Shown here: piece after piece, positions 1 through 10,661 of the stretch
How the letters are laid out: each line of letters opens with the position of its first letter
Numbering within the stretch: position 1 is the first letter of the stretch
DNA from: Octopus vulgaris
Taxonomy: Eukaryota
Direction of reading: 5' to 3'
Assembly: GCA_951406725.2 (NCBI GenBank)
Contig: OX597838.1
Coordinates: 7,502,001 to 7,566,000 of the forward strand
DNA: 64,000 bases
Made by a program: the position numbers and the translations under genes
The notes under the pieces: generated by a model
Told to the model about the DNA's origin: nothing
Databases searched by the model: none
The model's input: the letters and a program-made list of their open reading frames with translations, nothing else

Positions 1-339
1 AACATTGAATTTGAAGTACTTTTAATATTTATGATTATAGATAACAACTCGGGCTGTAACTTCTGAGCCCGAGGTAGGCGCGTGGGAACGATGTCGAAAG
101 AACGAATACTACGAATGATAATTTTAGACACAGGGCACTTCTAAGACGACCGCCAGACGCTGAACGAAATTAAATGAACTGCGACCAGGTTCAATAAAAG
201 GAACCCGAATTAATGCGTGAAATTACATACTTGAAGTCAGTGTTGGCAGAAAGTAAATCATCTTGCAGATACACGTTCATTTTTACTAAATTTATATTCA
301 CGCTAAGACAGAACATCCCGAGTACCAGAGTAGTCATTG

Positions 340-427
<88 letters not shown>

Positions 428-429
428 CT

Positions 430-603
430 CTTCGACCGGTATTGGTGTGTTTACGTCTCCGTAACTTAGTGGTTTGTCAAAAGAAGCTGGTATATTAAGT
501 ACTCAGCAGAATAAAAATATATCGCTCTAGTCAACTCATTCGACTAACATTCCTCAAGGCAGTGCTCCAGTATGGCTGTAGTCGAATGACTGAAACAAGT
601 AAG
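430..603 (+). mobile_element. SINE family A, 3' half
   Basis: GGTGTGTTTACGTC.CCGTAACTTAG...GGCAGTGCTCCAGTATGG...GACTGAAACAAGT. Confidence 0.75.
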
Positions 604-902
604 ATGTACCAAAGAATTTACAAATTCCTGGTCATCGAGTGTATTACATCATATATATATATTTCGGTTTGGGTTTAGCTGTTTTATATTTAATTTAAAA
701 ACCAGCAGCAATGTCATATTGCTTGTGAGTAATTTTGAATCAATATCACATGTGAGATAAATCATGTAATTGTATGTTACCAAATATCCTGTTTTCCAAG
801 ACAATTGCCGTGTTACTAACAGAAAATATTAATTCGACAGCTTTATTCGAAACATTAATTTCTTTATATATGTGTGTGTGTAATTATATATGTATGTATA
901 TT

Positions 903-967
<65 letters not shown>

Positions 968-1207
968 ATAGCTATATATATTAATACGTACATGCATACA
1001 TGCAGAATTACATACATATGTGTGCGACTCTGTGTATGTGTGTGAAAGTGTTTGCATGTATAAATACCTCAGTACATATATACGTATATATTTATGTATA
1101 TATACACATATGTATATATATATATATACATATATACATACATATATATATGCATATGTATACATATATACATACATATATATATATATATATATGCATA
1201 TGTATAA

Positions 1208-1269
<62 letters not shown>

Positions 1270-1272
<3 letters not shown>

Positions 1273-1347
1273 TAATCCAAACATGAAAACACCATGAGAA
1301 AACACAACAACGCGAGGACGTGGAACAGATATAGTATTATTGGACGC
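1270..1347 (-). mobile_element. Truncated H1 element (3' part, no ribozyme core)
   Basis: GTTAATCCAAACATGAAAAC...CAACAACGCGAGGACGTGG...TATTGGACGCT matches 38470-38548; follows (TA)n. Confidence 0.7.
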
Positions 1348-2938
1348 TGTGACGCCTATTGAAAAGTTTGCAAGAATATGTTAGAAAAAATAAGTAAATG
1401 AGTTGAAATCGAACCAGTGAGTGTTAATTAATGAGGCATTAAAACACACACACACATGAACACAAGCACACACACACACGAACACAAACACACACGCGAA
1501 CACAAACACATACACACATGAACACAAACACACACACACATATATATATATATACACCCATATATATATACACACATAACCTGTATAAGTATCGATTAAT
1601 TAAAGTTGCGTTCATTACTGGTATCGATGATTCCAGCTTACCGCCGCCTTCCAAAATTTCTCTGTTTTTGCCTAAATTACAAATGATTACATTGTCAAAA
1701 ACATATTTGTGAAGTATCCGTTTGCGAAAACAGCAAGGAATTAACCATTGATTCGGAATTGATTTGATAAAAGACTTGCGAATCAATTCTCATTGCCTCC
1801 GTCCAACAAACTCACCAACAAACAAGGTTAGATGTCTGCAGATTTTCTTGTCATTTCCTCGTTGGTTGATTTGGTTCGTTTCTCGGCTTCCAGCTCTATT
1901 ATTTAAGAAACTATTGGTGCATGCTTGTTTGAATTATATTATCAATGTTTACTAAAGCTAAACAGTTTTTACTTAAATCATCACATATTTATTTAGCAAA
2001 TTTTCACTCTGTATTTAAACATTCGGTGCAGACTTATTCAACTTACTGGGCGTCCTGCTGGTTATAACTAAAATACAATTAGATCAGAGAATTTGAAAAG
2101 AATTGGAAATATAATGACTCTTATACGAAAACAGCAACATTATTTTTTCTTGATAATGGATACTACAATTGTAATATAGAAAATACACAAAAAGTTTGAT
2201 TATATATTTATAAAGTATTTTCTCTATTCTCCTTATTGATATTTTTAGCATTTTGACTAATAGGCTGTAAAATCTCCGACATTATGTAAATATAGAGGTT
2301 GGAGAATATTTTAAGGTAATTTCATTTAAGTTTATTATATTTCTGAAATGGATTTCAATGAATGAGAAATGCGAAACTTCTAGGAAAGCTGGAAGTAGCC
2401 TTTATAATTTAGTAAAGAAACATGATCTGAATTTTAGTTCCGACTGGTTCTACGTTGCAAGACCGCAGATGCTTATCACAGAGACAGTTTCTGAATAGAA
2501 TATATCTACTGAGAATACGCAACTATTGCACAACGGAAAGAGGTTGTATTTTACTCAGGGTCATTCTCTTATACTTGAAAACGGAGATCTTCAGAAAAAT
2601 ATCCCCATGCAGCTTTCGTCTTACTGGAAAGTTCGATCATTACTGGGAGAAACATTTAGAAATCTATTGATTATTTTGTCTTAGATCACTCACAATGTTC
2701 TCTAATTTTTGTCATTTCCTCTACCTGGAAGTGAACCTATTCATTTTATCAGACCTTCAGGGGTTCACATATATATATATATGTATACATATTAAAAATT
2801 TTTATGTATTGATTAAGTCTTTCCTTGTTTGTTTTGCAAAATAGTGGTTTTGTCTCGAATTAATATTATATAATATTTTACTATAAAATTGGATTTAATC
2901 CTAAATCTGATTTTTTCCCTAATATTTATTATGTATAC

Positions 2939-2999
<61 letters not shown>

Positions 3000-3006
3000 C
3001 CTATAT

Positions 3007-3051
<45 letters not shown>

Positions 3052-3063
3052 GTGTGTGTGCGT

Positions 3064-3103
<40 letters not shown>

Positions 3104-3110
3104 ATGCGAA

Positions 3111-3230
3111 AGAGGGCTGCGTCGTATGTAGCTTGCTTTCTAACCACATGCTTCAGGGTTCAGCCCCACTACGTAGCATTGTCGGCATGTGTCGTCTAGT
3201 ATAGCTTGGGCTGACCAAAGCTTTGTCAGT

Positions 3231-3288
<58 letters not shown>

Positions 3289-3510
3289 GTATGTATATGC
3301 ATGTGTGTGTATATGTTTGTGTGTCTGTGTTTGTACCCCCAACATCATTTGACAGCCGATGCTAGAGTGTTTACGAACACGTAACATAGCGACTCGGCAA
3401 AAGCGATCCGATAGAATAAGTACTAGGCTTAAAATGAACTTAATTCTGGGGCGATTTGCTCGACTAAAAGCCGTTGCTCCAGCATGACCGCAGTCAAATA
3501 ACAGAATAAA
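3111..3510 (+). mobile_element. SINE family A (diverged)
   Basis: Collinear with 19880-20260. Confidence 0.8.
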
Positions 3511-5117
3511 TGAATAATACTGGTCAGTAGAACATTTGTAAAGAATACAGAAAGGTGAAACGGCATTATTTTGCCTGCAATGGAACTTCTCCGAGAGACT
3601 TATGATCTAATTACATTTCGGAAAGAAAGCTTAGGACTACCCAGCCAGAATATGTTCACCACGTTTTCGAAGTAGCTTATCCGAAATTTAGTAAAATCCC
3701 CTGATCATATTTTAGAGATGAAACACTGACAGACCGGATATTGGATCTGCTTGTTTTTATATATATTCATATAAAATAAACAACATTTCTGACGTGTGTC
3801 CAAAGAAATTGCACTGGTGTGTTCGTTGTGTTGTTTTTTAAAGCAAGTGTATCGCATATTTTGTATTTCATAGATTAGAGAAAATGCTCAAGATAGAAAT
3901 GAAACGAAGTTTGTACATTAATATGTTAGAGACGTTTTATATTTTAGGATTTCTCGTTTGCATGCTAAAGTCCCACTGCAGTTGAATAATCATACTTCCA
4001 AATTCCATAAATAACAAATTTTATAGCCCAGTCCCTAGACTACTCATTCTTTCTTTTTGCTTATTCGTTAAATCTATATTTTATATACTCGTAAGAGAAT
4101 TTCAAAATGGTAATGTTTCATAGCATCGTGCGAAATAGCATTACGCTATTATATGGCATAATCTATGTATTTCCTGACAAATAAAATGAATCATAAGTTT
4201 TTGAGAAGATGATACATACAAAGCTTTCGTGAAGAGAGTTTAGAAATGTAAAACGTTGGCAAGATTAGGCTTTATTTAGCAAAATTGTCAGAGTATCATT
4301 TCTTTCCTTTCGGTAAGGAAATATTCGAAAATGCTCAAAGGATTTATGCTTGCCAAAACGAAACAAAGAGAATATTAACGAAGAACATAGCAAACTGGTT
4401 AAAATGGTTTAAAAGGGAGGCATTACTCGGCAGTTAAATATACATTAGTAAATATATAGCTCTATACTATCCACTAAACACAATTTTCTCTCAGAGAATT
4501 ATCTTTCAAAGCCTCATAAATCCACTTTAGCGGGAATTGTTAGAATGCATCATTGCTAGAATAAGGCAATAAAACACTATACAAGTCTCAGAATTGGTTT
4601 TCCTTTTCCTTCTTTTTACTTCGACAAATGTTTATGTTTATGGGTCATTCGAGAGTGTTGCCGGAATAGTTAAATCTACGGTTTTTATTTCGCATCAGTC
4701 GATGTCAGAGAAGGGAATTCCATCATATGTTCACTGATCGATAAAATATTTCTAAGGTGCAAAACAGACCAGCTGGATTGAACTTTCCGCCATGCGTATT
4801 TTCATGTCTTCATCCGAGCGGGATGGGAATGGAAAAATGTTTTGCGTTGTTATCACGCTTAATGTGAGTCTTTAAAGTATGGAATATTTACAGGAATGAT
4901 AGCAGAAAGAAGTTAATGCAAAGGTCACACGGATGTAAAATATATATTTGATTTACATGTGTGCAGTTCTCATTTGCATTATAGCTCGAGTACTTTCAAA
5001 TATCCAAGCTATTAACTTCATTTTTCATATATATCGTCATCATTTTCTGCTCTCAGTACCCGAGTCCCTTTATTGGCAATTTTCTACAGATACTAATGCG
5101 TCAATCACAATTACAAT

Positions 5118-5168
<51 letters not shown>

Positions 5169-5215
5169 AGAGGAGTTATGTGTATATCATATATAGTTAT
5201 GTGTATATGTATATT

Positions 5216-5247
<32 letters not shown>

Positions 5248-5427
5248 CACATATACGCATATATATAATATATATTTATATATATATACATGTATATATA
5301 TATGTATATATATATAAATATAAATATATATGTATGCATTTTGTATGTATGTGTGTATGTATATTACACACACATATATATATATAAATATACGTATATA
5401 TGTATGCATATATGTCTATATATATAA

Positions 5428-5481
<54 letters not shown>

Positions 5482-5489
5482 TTTTCCAC

Positions 5490-5660
5490 CTACTTGTTTC
5501 AGTCATCGGACTGAGGTCATGCTGGGGCACCGCCTTGAATGGTTTAGTCGAAGTAATTGACAGTAGTATTTCATTTTTAAACGTGGTAATATTATGTCGG
5601 TCTCTTTTGCCGAAGCGCCAGCTTACGGGGACGCAAACAAACCAATACCGGCCGTCAAGA
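5490..5660 (-). mobile_element. SINE family A, 3' half
   Basis: TTTCAGTCATCGGACTGAGGTCATGCTGGGGCACCGCC...TTACGGGGACG. Confidence 0.75.
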
Positions 5661-6639
5661 CACGACCAGCCATGTTCGTGTTTGCGCACGTGACATTTAA
5701 TCGATTTACATCGAAATTAATTGGCGAAATAGCAGCTAAGGTTTGATAACGATAGCGAAATATTGACCTCTATCATGCTTGTACACCTCGATCGAGTTTT
5801 TGTTGCTTTCTCAAGAGGCTATCCCACAAAAGTTGGCGTATTTTCACTACAAAACTAACCTCAAAAGCGATATCGGGTCGCACAATTTTGATGTCTTTAG
5901 CTAAAGGAGACAACTCTGGCTGAAACATTTTAATGTCTTACATAGAGCATAATAAGAAAGGGATTCCAATATATGGAGTGTTACCAGGCAATTAAACTTC
6001 GAAGATGAACCGTCGACTTTATTAGTATTATTTAGCAGATAATCATTTAATGGGAAGTATGTTTGCCTCTGATGTAACAATCATCGCGTAATGTTTTGTT
6101 TTCCTGAAATACACTAAATCTGTAACTTTCTTTTGATGAAAGGGTGTGTTTTAAGACAGATCTGGCTGCTATTTCTAGTGGTTCAAGTCACCAGAGAGAC
6201 CTCTTTCTTACTGCTAACCTATCAAATTCAAATTACAATTGTTAATGGTTGGAAGTGAAGTAGACTTAGACTGATAACATTGTTGTTAGTAATCCATCAC
6301 ATTATATTTGAAGCCATTATGTCTTTAAACAGTATTTTACTGCCGCCATACTGGCCTCAGTCCGTATTTATAGATCTCTGCTTCAAGTTTGAGACATAGT
6401 GGGACACAACACGCAATTTAACACAAATGTAAATACACACAAACACACACACACATATTAGGTGCAAAACTGAATTTGAGAACTTTGCTTCCCAGCCATA
6501 TGATCCCTCTTTCGGTCCCTCTGTATGTTACATGGGGCAAGTGTTTTCTGCTAGAGCCCTAAGCCAACCACAGACTTGTGACTGAATTTGCTTGACGGAA
6601 ACTGTAGCGTTGTTCATCTGAAAAATAACCTGAACATAT

Positions 6640-6850
6640 GTTTCTTAAGAAGAGCTATTTGCTTCATACTCCTCGTGTGCCGTTGCGTTCCCAGTTCAAA
6701 TTCCGCAGAGGTCGACTTTGCCTTTCATCTTTCCGGGGTCGATAAATTAAGTACCAGTTACGCACTGGGGTTGATGTAATCGACTTAATCCCTTTGTCTG
6801 TCCTTGTTTGTCTCCTCTGTGTTTAGCCCCTTGTGGGTAGTAAAGAAATA
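6640..6850 (+). mobile_element. SINE family B with tail 1 (Tx1-like)
   Basis: GTTCAAATTCCGC.GAGGTCGACTTTGCCTTTCATC.TT.CGGGGTCGATAAATTAAGTACCAG...AGCCCCTTGTGGGTAGTAAAGAAATA. Confidence 0.8.
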
Positions 6851-7017
6851 TATATATACAGATGTGTGTGTATATATAGATGTGTGTGTGTATATAGATG
6901 TGTGTGTGTTTTTTGTGTGTGTATAAAATTACATATTCATAAATTTAAATATTTATACATTTTTATGTGTGCATGTGTAAATGCATTATATATATACATA
7001 CATATATACATACACAT

Positions 7018-7050
<33 letters not shown>

Positions 7051-7277
7051 CATAAACGCACACATATATACAGTGTTAGTGGTAGTAGTTGCAGTAGCGA
7101 TAAAATGAGTACAGTGAACATGCCTTTGAGAATGGCCCATGGAAAGGTTACGAACAGAATCCTTCTTCAGGGAAAAGTTAAACGGAGAAAAACTAATGGG
7201 ACACAGAAGAATTTTTGCATTAACTGCACTATACTTATCGATTTTACTAAATACCAACAAAGACCAACTTCTTTTGA

Positions 7278-7371
7278 TGTCTATATGGTTATACACGCAG
7301 GCATAATCGCACTCACCCACTCACACACAAACACACACGCTACACATAGGAACAAACGCACACATACACGG

Positions 7372-7446
<75 letters not shown>

Positions 7447-7695
7447 ATATGGGTGGCTTTATATTAATTTAACAATCTAACGAGAAATTTTAGACGCCAC
7501 TAAAGTAGCAGAGGGTACGAAGTGGTAACTGCATTGCTAGAAATAAGAGTCAAGCTGACACATTGGCCACAAGAACACTATCTGACAAATCACCGGTAAT
7601 TTGTCTATATGGTTATACACGCAGGCATAATCGCACTCACCCACTCACACACAGACACACACGCTAGACATAGGAACAAAGGCACACGTACACGG

Positions 7696-7766
<71 letters not shown>

Positions 7767-7922
7767 ATATGGGTGGCTTGGTATTAATTTAACAATCTAA
7801 CGACAAATTTTAGACGCCACTAAAGTAGCAGAGGGGACGAAGTGGTAACTGCATTGCTAGAAATAAGAGTCAGGCTGACACATTGGCCACAAGAACACTA
7901 TCTGACAAATCACCGGTAATTT
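7278..7922. repeat. Direct tandem duplication, 2 x ~322 bp
   Basis: Units 7278-7601 and 7602-7922 both run TGTCTATATGGTTATACACGCAGG...CAAATCACCGGTAATT. Confidence 0.92.
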
Positions 7923-8302
7923 CGAAATTTGATGCAAAGCATCTTAATTCTCATCAATGGCTAATAAGACACCCATATTATTTATAGTCTTCGCTTTCAC
8001 CGCTTTTGTATCAGCACATGCTTTCAAAATTCTTTCTTATAAGCTGACGAGGGGACTTGAGCTTAACTCTAGGTGACGTAAGAGCTACTCATAAGAATTA
8101 AGAGGCTCTCCGTCAAAATTTGAAACCACTGGTGATATGGCTCTATATGCGACCATAGTCAGCTCCTTCAGATAGTGGTCCTGTGGTTAATGAATCGGTT
8201 TGACTCATATTTCTTGCAAAGCCGTTACCACTTTGCACCCTCCGACAGTTTGGTGATGTGTATATATATCTATATCTATCTATATATATATATCTATGTC
8301 TG

Positions 8303-8375
<73 letters not shown>

Positions 8376-8559
8376 ATATATATATATATATATATATATT
8401 TACATATATTTATATATATATTTATATATATATATTTCTTTTAACTAGCTTATCTCCTCTGCCTAAACCGCTTGTCTTAACTCCTCTCTGTAATTTTTTA
8501 AATCATATTTCTTACAAACATATTGTGTGTAGTTTTTTTCTCTTCAAGTCGAAATTTTA

Positions 8560-9300
8560 TTTAACTCAAAATTATTCATATCTTATCTTCGTGCAATACA
8601 CAATGTTTTTATATCTAATTTGATATTCCAACATATTATATATAGAGAGAGATGTAATTGTACTGTAGTGTGTGTTGTACATTTGTAGAAGCATTTTAAA
8701 GATATTTTAAACTTCACCTCCTTTGTGGACTCGGTAATCGAGTTTGGCTGCGAGTGGGGCACATAGGTTTGGTTCATTCTGGTCTCTATTTGTTTGGTAT
8801 TCTAGCTTTTGGCAGGTCTAGTTCAGAAATATCATCCATATCAATTTTCTTTTTTTGTCAGGAATATATTTGGTTTCACGAATATCTTCTCTGTTTGGAA
8901 TATCTGGAAAAAGATTGCAAGTTTAACTAACCTATGTTTTTCAACAAATGAATCGCATTTGAAATATTTTTTTGTCATCTAAGACGAAAATTGGTTTGTC
9001 TTCGGGGCAGACATCGGTGGTATTTTTTTGTCGGAACACAAATCACTATGGGATCATATTCACGCATATCAGATAAAAGCAAAAGATGAATATCGGTAAA
9101 ACTAATTTCATCATCAGGTATGCAAACAAAACTGTTGAAGAATTTTCGGATTTTGCTTGGCATTGTTCAAGTAACAATTACAATTCAACAAGACAAATAT
9201 ATGAATTCCAAGAATCAATCATTAAATTACATAATATCAATAAGGATTTGATTTTCACGTCAACTGGATAGCCAAGGGAAGTGAAATATTTCTTTGTTTC
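8560..9300 (-). mobile_element. Possible highly decayed Penelope-like RT / GIY-YIG remnant
   Basis: Weak peptide resemblance (FNSF...ISFTDI...CLPRRQTNFRLR; FKISLKCFYKCTT); hammerhead-like motif nearby at 8044. Confidence 0.25.
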
Positions 9301-9689
9301 CCACTATGGGCTGAAAAAGATGAGGACAACACAACCTGATTTGGGGTCAGGTGTTCGATATGTAATTACAACAAAAATGAAGTTAAAGATTACATCATAT
9401 ATAAAAGAATGATCATGCATTACAAAAGGACAATACAAAGGGAAGGGACAAGGGAAAATATTCAATTGGCATTCACTGCTCTGCCATAATCCTCTCGCTA
9501 ATTATTACATAATTAATCAAGAAGGTGGACGAATGCTTTGCTATTTATGTTTCGATTCTTTGCTCACTGAGTTGAACTCCTGCCGAAGCCAATTTTGTCT
9601 TTTTTATGAATTCAGGATCGATAAATAAAGTAATCGTCTGGATAGTGATATATGTTTATTTTAAACTTTCTATCTATATTCTGACTGGC

Positions 9690-10130
9690 TATCGGTGGTG
9701 CAGTGCTGTGAAATGGAGTAGCGCTGTTTGGGTCCGAAAATTGCTTCAAAGGTGTATGTGTCGGGAAGAAAGGGGCATTGATTTTGGGCCCATTGCCTTC
9801 GCTTCTCATTCTGGACTGGATTGACTACATGCAGTTGAGTTTCCACTTGAACCTTTAACGGGTCAAATTTTGCAAAAAGACAGGAGCATCGAGAAAGTTC
9901 CAGAGGGCTGAGACTTCGACAAGACGCGTGCGTAGTGAATGGTGCGAAAGCTAAAGGCAGATACATAACAAGCGGAGTCGGAGGAGGAAAAACAATGCGT
10001 GAAATGTAGCGACTCAAGCTCAATTAGTTCTGAGTAAAAGCAAATGCAGTAACGGTAGAATATGCAGAGAGGGTACACGGCACGTCTGTGGAGTACAGAA
10101 GAGGAAGAGTCTGTCTGATTTTTTTCTGCA
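9690..10130 (-). mobile_element. Decayed 3' end of a different CR1/Zenon-like LINE
   Basis: Minus-strand peptides LCIFYRYCICFYSELIEL, SFRTIHYAR, then LWN and DPLKVQV resemble the Zenon-type RT C-terminus; frameshifted. Confidence 0.5.
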
Positions 10131-10323
10131 GCCAGTCTGGTGCCCGACTGCAGGGGGTGACTAGACTACCCAGGTGCTCGTGGAAACGGACGAAGATTCA
10201 TTTACATTTTTGGGAGTTTGTGATTATATCTATGTGTTGTTATGTGAGTAAAAACATATCAGTATCTCTTTAGGAATTTTCGGGTATATAACCAAGTGTG
10301 TATATGTATATATGTATGTCTAT

Positions 10324-10377
<54 letters not shown>

Positions 10378-10428
10378 ATATACATATGTATATATATATA
10401 TGTATATATATATACACATACAGATGTA

Positions 10429-10459
<31 letters not shown>

Positions 10460-10661
10460 ATATATATACACAGACCCACATATCTAGTAAGTATGTATCT
10501 CTGTGTCAATACTGGCGGTTCCTGACGTGGATATACGTTCTAGGCAGATGTATATATGTATATATATACACTCATATATATGATTGATTGATTCTAGTTT
10601 CAGCTTATGAGCTGTGGCCATGCTGGGGCACCGCCATTTGGTGTTGCTACTTGGTTTCACT

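Noticed and set aside
48-73. 8-bp GC-rich hairpin CTCGGGCT/AGCCCGAG
   Set aside because: Too short to distinguish from chance; no context at the window edge.
2200-6100. Stretches that look like very old coding or retroelement debris (2200-2760, 3540-4900, 5700-6100)
   Set aside because: No motif could be read with enough confidence to assign a family.
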